24,000 nucleotides of DNA from Rhizobium phage RHph_I20, in sequence record MN988539.1; one strand, 5' to 3'. The position numbers and the translations under genes are program-made. The notes beneath the pieces were generated by a model. That model had not been told where the DNA came from. It worked only from the letters and a program-made list of their open reading frames with translations, and made no database searches. This document shows, piece by piece, positions 1-9,971 of this stretch; the stretch's first letter is position 1, and every line of letters starts with the position of its first letter.

Positions 1-1
1 C

Positions 2-223
2 CTCCGCAACGAGGTGCATATCAACTGGCTCCGGTGGCTCGGCTTCCGATTCCTCCGGGTGTCCACATCATTCTCCAACGACGGGTCTCCGTTTGTGGAG
101 TTCTTTCGCAAGGGAAACTCGCATGTGCGATCCAATCACTACGGCGGTCATTTCGACCGGCTTGGGGATCGCGTCCGCGGTGATGCAGAACCAAGCGCAG
201 CAGTCGGCCTATTCCGAGAATAA
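2..223 (+). CDS. 3' end of a gp13-like/acetyltransferase-like virion-associated protein (partial, runs off the left edge)
   Basis: Open frame from the window edge (LRNEVHINWLRWLGFRFLRVSTSFSNDGSPFVEFFRK...), resembling C-termini of phage acetyltransferase-like/internal virion A proteins, immediately upstream of the gp14-like gene; stop at 221-223. Confidence 0.5.
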   Translation, partial: LRNEVHINWLRWLGFRFLRVSTSFSNDGSPFVEFFRKGNSHVRSNHYGGHFDRLGDRVRGDAEPSAAVGLFRE

Positions 224-623
224 GGCCAACGCTGACGACGCCTTCATTTCCGAACAGGACGCGCTCCAACGTCAGCAACTACAGGAGCAAGACAGCGCCG
301 CCAACGACAAGCTCCTCATGCAGCAAGAGGCCCGGCAGAAGGTTGCCGAGGCCAGCAACAACGCCTCTGCATCGAACGTCGCCGGTCTATCCGTCACGGG
401 GCTCATCGACACGATCAAGTCGCAAGAGCTTCAGCGGCAGCAAGCGGCCGATACTAATCTGGACAATACGCTCCAGTCGCTCCAGTCGCAGAAGCGTGCC
501 AGCGGCAACACCTACAAATCCCGTGTCGCCAGTGTTCAGAAGCCATCCGGGGCAAGCCTTGCGATCGGCATAGGCAACGCGGCCCTCGGCGGTATCACCA
601 CCTATTACCAGATGAAGAAGTAA
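123..623 (+). CDS. Internal virion protein, T7 gp14-like
   Basis: MCDPITTAVISTGLGIASAVMQNQAQQ... small N-terminal hydrophobic segment, Gln/Ala-rich coiled region, directly before the large gp15/gp16-like genes. Start at 123 preferred over 93. Confidence 0.75.
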   Translation: MCDPITTAVISTGLGIASAVMQNQAQQSAYSENKANADDAFISEQDALQRQQLQEQDSAANDKLLMQQEARQKVAEASNNASASNVAGLSVTGLIDTIKSQELQRQQAADTNLDNTLQSLQSQKRASGNTYKSRVASVQKPSGASLAIGIGNAALGGITTYYQMKK

Positions 624-632
624 GGAGGCCCA

Positions 633-3497
633 ATGGCAATCTCTCGTGACGTTGGCGGTCTCCAACCCATGCAGGTCCGCGCCGCACAGCAGACGGCGGA
701 AGTTCAATACAGCGGGCCGTCCGATCAGAGCGACGTGCGTGCCCTAATCTCTGGTCTTTCGGGCCTCTCCGAAGGCGTCTCTCGGCTCGGCTACACCATG
801 GCGCAAAACGAACGCCGTAAGAAGGAAGACCCCGAGATGCGCCGCATGGCTTATGCCCGAGCTGGTCTCGAAGTCGCCGCAGCCGGAAACGATCCTGACG
901 CTGGCGTAAAGCTGTATGCTGGAGCCGACGCCGACAGCAATCCGCACTACAAGCAGGGTGTGGCCATGGCGACGGCCGGTGCCTACTTCGACCGCATGAA
1001 GGATCAGCTCCTTCAAGAAGCTTCGGCGCAGGGTGCAAACAATGTTGATTGGAACAAGCGCGGTGCCGAGCTGATCAGCGAAGGCAAGAAGAAGGGATAT
1101 CTCCCCGACGACTACGCGGCAGGTGCGTTCCTCGACCGCTACAATGGCTTCCTCGACCAGATCAGAACGCAAGGCACGGCGCAGAAGAACGCCAACAATG
1201 AGTTCGGGAAGCTCAACAGCCTCCAGGTCCAGACGCAAAACGACTTCGTCAAGGCGTTGGAAACCGGTGGCCCCGCCAAGGCGCAGGATGTCCTCAACAA
1301 GCTTTACTCCTCGCCGGAGTTCAACAGCGTCCAGCCGCCGCAGCGGGAGAAGATGGTTGAGGCCACGATCCAAGGCATCGTCGCGACAGGCAACACGACC
1401 GCATTCACCGCCCTGACCTCAATCGACGGGCCTGACGGCATCCCGCTCCAGACGAAATATGCCGGATCGTGGGAGGTTTGGAAGAAGCAGGTCGAAGAGA
1501 ATGCCCTGAAGATCAAGGACGGCGAGATTGCCGACGCCACGATGGCAGGGCAAGGCGACTACGCGAAGAGCTTGGCGATTGCCAACGACCGTTCTCAAGG
1601 CTTCGTCGCGCAGACAACCGGCCGTGTCCAGGCGGCACAAGCGCTCGCGATGGATACCCTGCGGGAAGTCAGCTCGGCCGTGACCAGCGACGGCGTTCAG
1701 AACGTCGACATTCAACAGTACCGCGCCAAGGCCCTCGACAAGCTGAAGGCGGATGGCTTGGCCAACGACCCGCGTGCCGTCGAGGCATTCTCGAAGTCGT
1801 TCGATAGCCAAGTCCAGAGCTACCTGAATACGCAGCAAGACAGCCGCAACAAGGACGCTCGGCTCCAGGCCGACACGCAGACGCTCAAAGCCCTCACCGC
1901 ACGCTTCACCACGACGCTCAACAACGCCGGTGCGGACGCCGCGGTCTCGGACCTTCAGAGCGCGCTGACCGAGAACAAGGTCTTCCAAGGCCGGAGCTTG
2001 GTCGAGCAGGGTCAGATGGTTGCGCAGATCGCGCAGCAGTATGCGGCCGATGGCAACATCAAGGCGCTAACCGCGCTCGGCAATATCAAGGTCGACAACA
2101 AGGGGTCGCTCCTCTCCGACCAAATGGGCGTCGAATTTGACCGGCTCCAGGCCACCGCTGCGGAAGCCGCACGCTCCAGCTTCAAGGCCCGCATTGAGCC
2201 GATCAAGGAGAAAATCCGCACGAAGGCCCTCCTCGGTCTCCTGACAGATGACGACACGAAGGAAGGGATTGCGGCTGGCGTCCCGACCGACTGGCTGGCC
2301 GAGCAAGAAGCCAAGCGGGACGAGGTCCTGCAGTCGAAGGCGAACGAGGCATTTAAGACCCGCGAGAAGACTGCCAAGGCCGAACAGCTCGACCGCCAAT
2401 CGTCCGGCGCCGCCAAGGCCCTGATGAGTGGTCGAGGCGATCTGATCCTGGACAACACGATCAACCCCGACCCGCGCGACCCCACGAAGACCAGCACGCT
2501 CACCCGTGACGAGATCATCAACGCGGGCATGGAGGAGGTCGAGAAGGATATCTCGACGCGCTACGACATAGCCAATCCGAACGCGGATGCTGACAAGCGG
2601 CGCCTGGATATCCACCGGCAGCTCATGCAGGTTTACTCCCGGAACGGGCTTATCGATGACAACTCGAAGAACCTCGTGAAGACATTCCTCGGCAAGGCAC
2701 AGTCGGACGGCTTCAGTATTGGGCCGGAGGACGAAGGCCAGCTCAAGGAGCTTCGCGACATCGTCACGATCTACTCACCGGCGCAGGTCGATGAGCTGGT
2801 TGGCGGCGGAAAGCGCCGTGAGTTCTTCGATGCGGTCATGGCGAAGCTGGACGAAGGTGCCGATCCTGGTGCGGCCATCGCATACGGCCGAACGCTCCGC
2901 GATGCGCCCGACGATCAGAAGGTCCTGAACATCAACAAACAGGACCTGGACACCGCGGTCGCTAACGTGCGGAGCGAGCTGTCTGGCTTTTTCGAAAGCG
3001 ACACCGACCCCTTCCTCAACAACGTCATTGAGCAGACGGTGAAGGACAAGCTCAAGGTCGGCTCAACGTCAGACTACGCGCAGAAGGAAGCGATCCGCGA
3101 CATCCAAAGCCGTTACGTCCTGGTCAACGGGCGGCATGTGAACTTCGTCCAGTTCGCCGGAGCCAAGAGCCCCGATCAGGTCCGTGAAGTGCTTCAAGAC
3201 GCGGCCGAGCAATACCAGAAGGCACATGCTTCCGAGCTGGCCAACAGCCGCGTCGTCTTCGACAATGGCCCACGGCCCGGCACAGTCCGGCTCTACTACG
3301 CCGACACCGGCCTCCCGGTTACGCACAAGCTCATCAATTGGAACGACATCGTTACCGATTGGCAGAAGCGCGTAGGACCAAAGCGCGAGGCCGACAAGGT
3401 CGACACCGCCAAGCGCGCGGCGAAAGCAACGCAGGATGCGCTAGACGCAGACAGGCGTTGGGAGAAGCAAGTCACCAACCCCGACGCTCCGCAATAA
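633..3497 (+). CDS. Internal virion/ejection protein, T7 gp15-like (954 aa)
   Basis: Single 954 aa ORF with AAGG-type SD (taaggagg) just upstream; size, composition and synteny between gp14-like and gp16-like genes. Confidence 0.75.
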   Translation: MAISRDVGGLQPMQVRAAQQTAEVQYSGPSDQSDVRALISGLSGLSEGVSRLGYTMAQNERRKKEDPEMRRMAYARAGLEVAAAGNDPDAGVKLYAGADADSNPHYKQGVAMATAGAYFDRMKDQLLQEASAQGANNVDWNKRGAELISEGKKKGYLPDDYAAGAFLDRYNGFLDQIRTQGTAQKNANNEFGKLNSLQVQTQNDFVKALETGGPAKAQDVLNKLYSSPEFNSVQPPQREKMVEATIQGIVATGNTTAFTALTSIDGPDGIPLQTKYAGSWEVWKKQVEENALKIKDGEIADATMAGQGDYAKSLAIANDRSQGFVAQTTGRVQAAQALAMDTLREVSSAVTSDGVQNVDIQQYRAKALDKLKADGLANDPRAVEAFSKSFDSQVQSYLNTQQDSRNKDARLQADTQTLKALTARFTTTLNNAGADAAVSDLQSALTENKVFQGRSLVEQGQMVAQIAQQYAADGNIKALTALGNIKVDNKGSLLSDQMGVEFDRLQATAAEAARSSFKARIEPIKEKIRTKALLGLLTDDDTKEGIAAGVPTDWLAEQEAKRDEVLQSKANEAFKTREKTAKAEQLDRQSSGAAKALMSGRGDLILDNTINPDPRDPTKTSTLTRDEIINAGMEEVEKDISTRYDIANPNADADKRRLDIHRQLMQVYSRNGLIDDNSKNLVKTFLGKAQSDGFSIGPEDEGQLKELRDIVTIYSPAQVDELVGGGKRREFFDAVMAKLDEGADPGAAIAYGRTLRDAPDDQKVLNINKQDLDTAVANVRSELSGFFESDTDPFLNNVIEQTVKDKLKVGSTSDYAQKEAIRDIQSRYVLVNGRHVNFVQFAGAKSPDQVREVLQDAAEQYQKAHASELANSRVVFDNGPRPGTVRLYYADTGLPVTHKLINWNDIVTDWQKRVGPKREADKVDTAKRAAKATQDALDADRRWEKQVTNPDAPQ

Positions 3498-3503
3498 CAC
3501 CCG

Positions 3504-3534
3504 CCCCCGGCCACAAACCGGGGGTTTTTCTTTT
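3504..3534 (+). terminator. Rho-independent terminator between gp15-like and gp16-like genes
   Basis: CCCCCGG-CCACAAA-CCGGGGG followed by TTTTTCTTTTC; arms 3504-3510 and 3518-3524. Confidence 0.85.
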
Positions 3535-3548
3535 CAGGAGACCCCCAA

Positions 3549-6500
3549 GTGGCAGACAACAACGACGAGCTGGCAACGGCTCGGCAATTCCTCTATGGCC
3601 GCACGAACAAGCCGCAGTCGGCGATCGACGGTTTGCGCGGCGACTTCGCTACCAAGCTCTCCCGCATGATGCAGGACCCGGACGCACCAGTCGGCCTCGG
3701 CCTCTATTCAGGCTATCGCAGCCCCGAGCGCCAAGCCGAGCTTTGGGCGGGCGCCCTGAAGAAGTACGGCTCGCCTGAAGCTGCTCGCAAGTGGGTCGCG
3801 CCGCCCGGTCACTCCATGCATAACGAGGGCCTGGCTGCGGATATGGGCTACAACGGCCAGTCCCTCCAGCACGCTCCGAAGGAGGTCGTGGATTGGGTCC
3901 ACAGCAACGCCGATCGCTATGGCCTGAAGTTCCCGCTTGGGAATGAGGCTTGGCACATCGAAGACAGCTCGACGCGCGGAGGCAAGCCGACCAGCGTCAG
4001 CGATCAGGCATTCGCGGCTGGAGGCTTTCAGCAGTCCGGTGGAACATACCAGCCGGTGACAAACCCGCCGGTTCCGGATTGGGTCAAGGACTCGGCGCCC
4101 AATGACACATTCCAAACCACGCCGAACGTCGCGCCGCCGACTTGGGGCGCAGTGGGCTCTTCTATCCTCCACAGTATGCCGACTTATCAAGTGGCGCAGT
4201 GGGTCGGGAATGGCTCCGCCGCACCTGATATGCCATGGCTCAACAACCCCGACCTTGGCAAATTCGGCAAGACCCTGGACGGTCTCAACGATGATGAGCA
4301 GAAATGGGTGATCGGGACTGCCCTGTCGCCGCAGCACGCGGTTGAACTGCGCAGCCAGCTAGACCAGCAGAAGGTCGATGCAGGAACGGCCACGTCTTCA
4401 CCGACGGCCTTCGCGGGCATGCTCGTGGCGAACGTACTCGACCCGGTCTCTCTCGCCGCCAGTGCTGCAACAGGCCCGGCCGTGGTGGGGGCTTCTAACG
4501 TTCTGCGCGCTTCGACGGCGGCGGGCGTCCTCACGAGAATGGCGGAGGCCGGAACGATCGGGATAGCCGATGCGACCCTCGCTTCAGTTATCCAGGCGCA
4601 GGTAGACCCCAACTTCGGCGTTGAGGACTACGTCATGAACGGGCTCACCGGCATGGCGTTGGGCGCTGGCATAGGCACCTTGACCCGTGGCGCCGAGTTG
4701 GACGGTGTTTCGGCCGAAGCCACCGCAGCCTTCGGGCGCCGGGCTCGCGACTTCATCGCACAAACGGCAGAAGACCGCGGATATAAGTTCGCCTCCCCCG
4801 AAGCGCGTGACGCCTTCACCGGTGCTGGCAAGTCCGCCGGTGCCGCCGAGAACATCGCGAGCGCCGCCGAACTCTTCCCCGATCGGCGCGGCTTCCTGGA
4901 GCGCATGGCCGACCGCCTCGGCTCTTGGTCATCCAATGAGAACCTTCTCATGAACAAGACCGGGACTGCGGTGCGCGGCATCTATGAGAAGCTTATGCCA
5001 AATCTCTCCGGCACCGGAGGCCGCGAGCTGCGCGCCAGCGAAGACGCCTGGAGCTTCATGAAGCGGTCGACCGAAGTGGACCACGCGAACATGGAGAAGA
5101 CCTTCTCTCAGCACTTCGACGGCTGGCTGAAGGAAAGCGGTATGGAAAACGTCAGCTTCCTCAAGCGAGACCATCTCGAAGAGGAGTTCTCACAGCGCGT
5201 CTATTACGCCATGGCCCACCCGGACGTGGCTAACGGCTCGGAGGCGATCGAGAAAATGGCCGACGCCTACCGATCGGCTTTCGGAAGCAAGCTGGACGAG
5301 GCAAAAGCGCTCGGCGTCTCGTGGGCGCAGGACGTTCCGAAGGACGATTACTATGTCCCGTTCAAGGTTTCGAAGCGCGCCTATTACGAGGTGACGGCGA
5401 AGATCGGCCGCGATGGCCTGATCGACGTCATCAAGCAAGCGTTCTTGCGTGCGCAGCCGGACCTTTACAAGGCCGAGCGCGCGAAGAAGCCGGGCACCAA
5501 GGGCCGCAAGCTGGCCGCGGACGTGCGCGAGCGGAAGGTCTCCAGACTGGCCGAGCGCTATCTGAAGATGATCGAAGACACGAACATCGACAACAACGGC
5601 GCCGAGCGCATGACCGGCTTGGCTGGCGACAGCGCCCGCGCACTGCGGGACATGCTCACGGAAGAAGGCGTCGGGCTGGAGGAGATCGAAGATATCATCT
5701 CCGCCTTTGGCTGGTCGCCGAAGGAAGGACCGAGCAACTTCCGGCGCCGGGCTGTGATGGAGCGGGACGAGCCCTTCATTCCGTCCAAGTATGCATCCCA
5801 TCCGAATGCTCGGGACTATGCCGTCTCTCTCCGGCAGATAACGGACCAAGACATCCGCTCGGTCTACAGCTCATATAGCCGATCCGTGAACGGGCATCTC
5901 GCCCTGGCTAAGGCTGGCTTCAAGTCCGAGGCCGACGCCCGCGCACAGATCAAGGACGCGACCAACTTCCGGACCACCATTGAGAAGGGACCGGAGGGCA
6001 AGCAGAACGTCTTTGAGCAGGACATGACCACGGCCAGCGAAGAGCTGAACTACTTCGTGGACCGCATCCTCGGGCGCCCGGCATTCCCAGGTGTCAGCAA
6101 GAAGACCCGCCTCGCCCTGTCGCTGGTCAAGAACCTCGGCTTCATCCGCTTCATGCAGCAGTCGGGCATATCTCAGCTCGGTGACATGCCGAAGATTCTG
6201 CTCAGGTATGGCATCGGCGCGACGTGGCGGCAGTCGAGAATGCGGGACTTCCTTGACGTGTTCACCTATCGGGACACCGAAGCGAACGCCCTCACCCGCG
6301 AAATCCAGGCATCAACCGGCATTGGAATCAAGACCAAGAATGCGAAGATGTACGCGCTGCACGAGGACATCAACATCGGCGGCGAGCTGTTCGATGAAGA
6401 TCTAACCACGAAGATGCTGGCCAAGGCGAACGCCGTTTCGGAAAGCGCCTCGCGCCTCACAGCCACCGTCTCGCTCCTCAATCCGATCACTGACACGCTT

Positions 6501-7406
6501 CAGCTTTGGGCGGCGCGCGCAGCCAGCCAACGGCTCATCGACATCGCCACCGGCCGCAAGGTGATCAGTCGGAAGTGGATGAACGAGATCGGCATCAACG
6601 AGCGTGACCTCGCCGACATGCGCGAGATCGCCAAGCGGATGACGCTTGAGGGCGATGGCAAGATTGTCCGCTGGAATAGCGACAAGCAGCGTGCGGCCGG
6701 GATGGACCACGCCGATGCCTACGACCGGTTCCTCGCGCTCGTGCGCCGGGAAACGCAGATGGCCATTCTCGAGACCGCGCCGAACGCCATCAAGCGGTCG
6801 ATGTCCGGCCCGATGATGGGTCTCTTCTGGCAGCTCAAGAGCTACATGATGAACGCCCTCCTCGCCAACACGGCGAAGAACATCAAGCTCGGCCCTGCCT
6901 ACATGTCCATGTCCCTTGTTGCCACGTCCGTATGGTCGGCGGCGATCTACGCGGGGCAGCAATATTCGGTCTCGCTTGGGATGCCGGGCGAGGATCGCAA
7001 GAAATTCCTCGAAGATCGTCTTTCGCTTCGGGGTATCCTGTCGGCGGGCTTCCAACGCTCGGCCGATAGCTCCATCCTCCCCATGATTATCGACACGACC
7101 ATCTCCGGCGTGGACGTGTTTACGGGTGAGGACCACCGGCTATTCAGCAACACACGCAACTCCGGCCTCGGCTCCAACATCACCGACAGCATTCCCGCGC
7201 TGCGGATGGTGCAGGACATGGGCAAGCTGGCGAAGAACGTAGCGGCTGCGGCTGCACGGACTGACCAGCGTTTCGACCAGACGGAAGGGAGGCAGATGCG
7301 GGACTTCATTCCGCTTCTCCGCACATACGGCTTGCTGAACGCCACCAACGCGCTGATCGCCACCATGCCGCCGGACACTGACGGGGCGATCGTCAAGGCA
7401 AAGTAA
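3549..7406 (+). CDS. Large internal virion/ejection protein, gp16-like, with N-terminal M15/VanY-like D,D-carboxypeptidase/endopeptidase domain
   Basis: GTG start with aggag SD; N-terminus contains SGYRSPERQAELW...PPGHSMHNEGLAADMGY...YGLKFPLGNEAWHIE, the M15_4/VanY metal-ligand pattern; 1285 aa; position matches T7 gp16. Confidence 0.85.
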   Translation: MADNNDELATARQFLYGRTNKPQSAIDGLRGDFATKLSRMMQDPDAPVGLGLYSGYRSPERQAELWAGALKKYGSPEAARKWVAPPGHSMHNEGLAADMGYNGQSLQHAPKEVVDWVHSNADRYGLKFPLGNEAWHIEDSSTRGGKPTSVSDQAFAAGGFQQSGGTYQPVTNPPVPDWVKDSAPNDTFQTTPNVAPPTWGAVGSSILHSMPTYQVAQWVGNGSAAPDMPWLNNPDLGKFGKTLDGLNDDEQKWVIGTALSPQHAVELRSQLDQQKVDAGTATSSPTAFAGMLVANVLDPVSLAASAATGPAVVGASNVLRASTAAGVLTRMAEAGTIGIADATLASVIQAQVDPNFGVEDYVMNGLTGMALGAGIGTLTRGAELDGVSAEATAAFGRRARDFIAQTAEDRGYKFASPEARDAFTGAGKSAGAAENIASAAELFPDRRGFLERMADRLGSWSSNENLLMNKTGTAVRGIYEKLMPNLSGTGGRELRASEDAWSFMKRSTEVDHANMEKTFSQHFDGWLKESGMENVSFLKRDHLEEEFSQRVYYAMAHPDVANGSEAIEKMADAYRSAFGSKLDEAKALGVSWAQDVPKDDYYVPFKVSKRAYYEVTAKIGRDGLIDVIKQAFLRAQPDLYKAERAKKPGTKGRKLAADVRERKVSRLAERYLKMIEDTNIDNNGAERMTGLAGDSARALRDMLTEEGVGLEEIEDIISAFGWSPKEGPSNFRRRAVMERDEPFIPSKYASHPNARDYAVSLRQITDQDIRSVYSSYSRSVNGHLALAKAGFKSEADARAQIKDATNFRTTIEKGPEGKQNVFEQDMTTASEELNYFVDRILGRPAFPGVSKKTRLALSLVKNLGFIRFMQQSGISQLGDMPKILLRYGIGATWRQSRMRDFLDVFTYRDTEANALTREIQASTGIGIKTKNAKMYALHEDINIGGELFDEDLTTKMLAKANAVSESASRLTATVSLLNPITDTLQLWAARAASQRLIDIATGRKVISRKWMNEIGINERDLADMREIAKRMTLEGDGKIVRWNSDKQRAAGMDHADAYDRFLALVRRETQMAILETAPNAIKRSMSGPMMGLFWQLKSYMMNALLANTAKNIKLGPAYMSMSLVATSVWSAAIYAGQQYSVSLGMPGEDRKKFLEDRLSLRGILSAGFQRSADSSILPMIIDTTISGVDVFTGEDHRLFSNTRNSGLGSNITDSIPALRMVQDMGKLAKNVAAAAARTDQRFDQTEGRQMRDFIPLLRTYGLLNATNALIATMPPDTDGAIVKAK

Positions 7407-7678
7407 TGGACCACAGACCACCGGAGACCCGCTCCCGGAGCGCTCCGCTCTACGATCTGGCGATTGGTCTCGGTCGAATTGAGGGGATGGTGGGGCAAGC
7501 CCTCACCTCCCTGACCGACCATTCCAAGCGGCTAGACGAACACGACAAGCGGCTCAACGAAATCGAAAAGCACCAGTACACGCAAAAGGGCTACATCATG
7601 GCAATTTCAGCCGTTGCGGCCCTGATCGCCTCTGCGATCGGCTGGCTGGTCGAGCATTGGGATAAGCTACCACTATGA
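7406..7678 (+). CDS. Small membrane protein (holin/spanin-like candidate)
   Basis: 90 aa; coiled-coil-like region (LTDHSKRLDEHDKRLNEIEK) then one hydrophobic segment IMAISAVAALIASAIGWLV; start/stop overlaps with both neighbours. Confidence 0.65.
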   Translation: MDHRPPETRSRSAPLYDLAIGLGRIEGMVGQALTSLTDHSKRLDEHDKRLNEIEKHQYTQKGYIMAISAVAALIASAIGWLVEHWDKLPL

Positions 7679-7938
7679 GAAAGAAGACCGCAAAGGCGTC
7701 CACCCAGGCGCTTGAAGAGCTTCACGCGGCTATCGCCAGAGAACTCGCTCGCAAGATCGAGAATGGCGAGGCCACCGCGGCCGATCTGGCCGTCGCGGCG
7801 AAGTTCGTGAAGGACAACGGCGTGTCCGTGCTGATCGACCCGGAGACACCGGAGGGCAGCACGCTCACCGGCACCAAGCTCCCTGATATCGGCAACACCG
7901 AAGAAGAGTTTGAAGAAGCTCTTCGCACATTCCAATAA
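7675..7938 (+). CDS. terS: Terminase small subunit (DNA maturase A-like)
   Basis: 87 aa, charged helical N-terminus and acidic C-terminus (NTEEEFEEALRTFQ), directly upstream of the large terminase as in T7-like phages. Confidence 0.7.
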   Translation: MRKKTAKASTQALEELHAAIARELARKIENGEATAADLAVAAKFVKDNGVSVLIDPETPEGSTLTGTKLPDIGNTEEEFEEALRTFQ

Positions 7939-7974
7939 CGGGCGACAGGCGCGCGTTCTGCGCGGCGTGATGAG

Positions 7975-7994
7975 TTTCACATTCCGATATGAGA
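7975..7994 (+). promoter_or_regulatory. Dispersed motif copy (upstream of terL)
   Basis: TTTCACATTCCGATATGAGA. Confidence 0.55.
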
Positions 7995-8031
7995 ACGCGC
8001 GTCCTGCGCCATGTGTGGGCGAAGGAACCGC

Positions 8032-9789
8032 ATGTCCAACGAAAACCCTATCCTGACACAAGCCGAAGCCGAGAAGATGCTCCGGAAAGTGCGCGGGGAA
8101 CGCAGGGGCAAGGGTCAATGGCCCCTCTTTGTGAACTTCCTTGAGCGCGTCCTGAAGCATCTCGGCTTCCCCAAGGCGACACGCGCGCAAAGGGACATGG
8201 CCAACTACCTCCAGTTCGGCCCTGCCTCCACTATTCTCCAGGCTTTCCGCGGTGTCGGCAAATCTTTCGTCACCTCTGCCTTCGTCCTCTGGTCGCTCGA
8301 CAGCGATCCGCAGGTCAAGGTCATGGTCGTCTCGGCGAATGGCGATCGTGCCTACCAGTTCTCGACATTCTGCTCCCGCCTCATCGCTGAAATGCCGGAG
8401 CTGAATCACCTCAAGCCTAACAAATCGAAGAAGCAGCGCGAAAGCGCCAAGGCATTCGACGTTGGCCCGGCAATCCCCTCGGACTCACCTTCGGTTAAGT
8501 CTGTCGGCATCAACGGCCAGCTCACCGGTAGCCGCGCGGACATCATCATCGCCGACGACGTTGAGGTGCCCAAGAACAGCTTTACGGTGATCATGCGCGA
8601 CCGTTTGGCAGAGCTGGTGAAAGAGTTCGACAACGTCCTCAAACCGCTTCCTACGAGCCGCGTGATCTATCTAGGTACGCCTCAGACGGAAGCCTCACTC
8701 TACAATACGCTGGTCAATGAGCGCAGCTACAAGCTTCGCGTATGGCCCGCACGCATCCCTGAGCGGCCGGAAGCCTACAAGGGCAACCTCGCCCCGTTCG
8801 TGATGGAGATGATCGCCAAGGGATTGCCCGCCGGCACGCCGGTTGACCCCGAGCGCTTCGACAACGCGATCTTGCTGGAGAAAGAGCTGAAGCTCGGGAA
8901 GTCCACCTTCCGCCTCCAGTTCATGCTGGACACGACGCTGTCCGATGGCGCGCGCTATCCGCTGAAGCTCGAAGACCTCATCGTCATGGGTGTCGACAGC
9001 CAGAACGGGCCTTTCGATCTGGCATGGGGCAAAGACCCCCGGACGGCCTTGAACGACCTCCAGAGCGTCGGCTTCTCCGGCGACAACTATTGGGGGCCGA
9101 TCTTCGTCTCCGAGAAGTTCGCGACCTGGCAGGGAGCCGTCATGGCTGTCGACCCGTCCGGCCGCGGCGAGGACGAAACCGCCTATGCGATCGTCAAGAT
9201 GCTGCACGGGCGCCTCTTCCTGGTTGCTTCAGGCGGCTTCAGGGGCGGCTATACGGACGAGAACCTCACGGCCCTTGCGCAGATCGCGAAGAGGCACGCG
9301 GTCAACTCCGTTATCATCGAGAAGAACTTCGGCGACGGCATGTTCGGCGCCCTCCTCAAGCCCTACCTAACGCGTATCTGGCCGGTCTCGGTCGAGGAAT
9401 ACACGGCGCATGGGCAGAAGGAAATCCGCATCATCCAGACCATCGAGCCGATCATGCAGCAGCATCGCTTGGTCGTTGATCGGAGTGTGATCGAGGCGGA
9501 ACTCGAAGCCGACATTGAGCCCTGCTATTCGCTATTCCACCAGCTCACCCGCATCACCCGAGACCGCGGTTGCCTGGAGCATGACGACCGCCTGGACGCC
9601 TTGGCAATGGCCATTGAGTATTGGGTGACGCAGATGGAGGTGGACTCCCGGAAAGCAGCAGCAGACGCCGCAGAGGCCGAGCTGTTGGCCGAGATGGACC
9701 GAATCTGTGAAGAGGGTCCGCTGATCATCCACGGGCCTATGCAAGGCTTCCTCGACGGGATGAAGACCGCCACGAACATGCTGGAGTGA
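8032..9789 (+). CDS. terL: Terminase large subunit (DNA maturase B-like)
   Basis: FRGVGKSFVTSAFVLWSL (Walker A), ADIIIADDVEV (Walker B), VDPSGRGEDETAYAIV nuclease-type motif; ATG at 8032 with gaaggaa SD (ORF extends to 8011). Confidence 0.93.
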   Translation: MSNENPILTQAEAEKMLRKVRGERRGKGQWPLFVNFLERVLKHLGFPKATRAQRDMANYLQFGPASTILQAFRGVGKSFVTSAFVLWSLDSDPQVKVMVVSANGDRAYQFSTFCSRLIAEMPELNHLKPNKSKKQRESAKAFDVGPAIPSDSPSVKSVGINGQLTGSRADIIIADDVEVPKNSFTVIMRDRLAELVKEFDNVLKPLPTSRVIYLGTPQTEASLYNTLVNERSYKLRVWPARIPERPEAYKGNLAPFVMEMIAKGLPAGTPVDPERFDNAILLEKELKLGKSTFRLQFMLDTTLSDGARYPLKLEDLIVMGVDSQNGPFDLAWGKDPRTALNDLQSVGFSGDNYWGPIFVSEKFATWQGAVMAVDPSGRGEDETAYAIVKMLHGRLFLVASGGFRGGYTDENLTALAQIAKRHAVNSVIIEKNFGDGMFGALLKPYLTRIWPVSVEEYTAHGQKEIRIIQTIEPIMQQHRLVVDRSVIEAELEADIEPCYSLFHQLTRITRDRGCLEHDDRLDALAMAIEYWVTQMEVDSRKAAADAAEAELLAEMDRICEEGPLIIHGPMQGFLDGMKTATNMLE

Positions 9790-9806
9790 TTTACCCCTCA
9801 CCTTAG
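9787..9806. repeat. ATTTACCCCTCRCCTTAG repeat copy 1
   Basis: TGATTTACCCCTCACCTTAG, begins at the terL stop codon. Confidence 0.8.
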
Positions 9807-9955
9807 AGCCCCAGCCCTAAGCTATAGATATAAGGCTATAGCTATAGGGCTGTGGTAAGGATGAGACCATAGGCCAGCCTATAGGGCTGTAGTGAGACCA
9901 TGATGAGACCAGCTTCACATAGCCTAAAGGGCTGTGGTAAGGATGGTCATCAACC
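9801..9955. repeat. Short imperfect repeat array (CCTAWAGGGCTGTGGTAAGGATG units)
   Basis: ctatagctatagggctgtggtaaggatgagacc; cctatagggctgtagtgagacc; cctaaagggctgtggtaaggatgg; a further unit cctaaagggctgcggtagga near 10157. Confidence 0.65.
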
Positions 9956-9971
9956 ACCAATGGTCGTGATC

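Noticed and set aside
5190-5849. 219 aa minus-strand ORF inside the gp16-like gene
   Set aside because: GC-rich antisense frame of a confident long CDS; composition not protein-like.
7921-7938. Possible extra motif copy GCACATTCCAATAAC at the 3' end of terS
   Set aside because: Matches only CACATTCC; lacks the CACTTC left flank and the ATRTGAAA right half, and lies within coding sequence.
9801-9955. CRISPR-like array of short repeats
   Set aside because: Units are short, imperfect, irregularly spaced and lack unique spacers; no cas genes. T7-type terminal-repeat-flanking arrays fit better.
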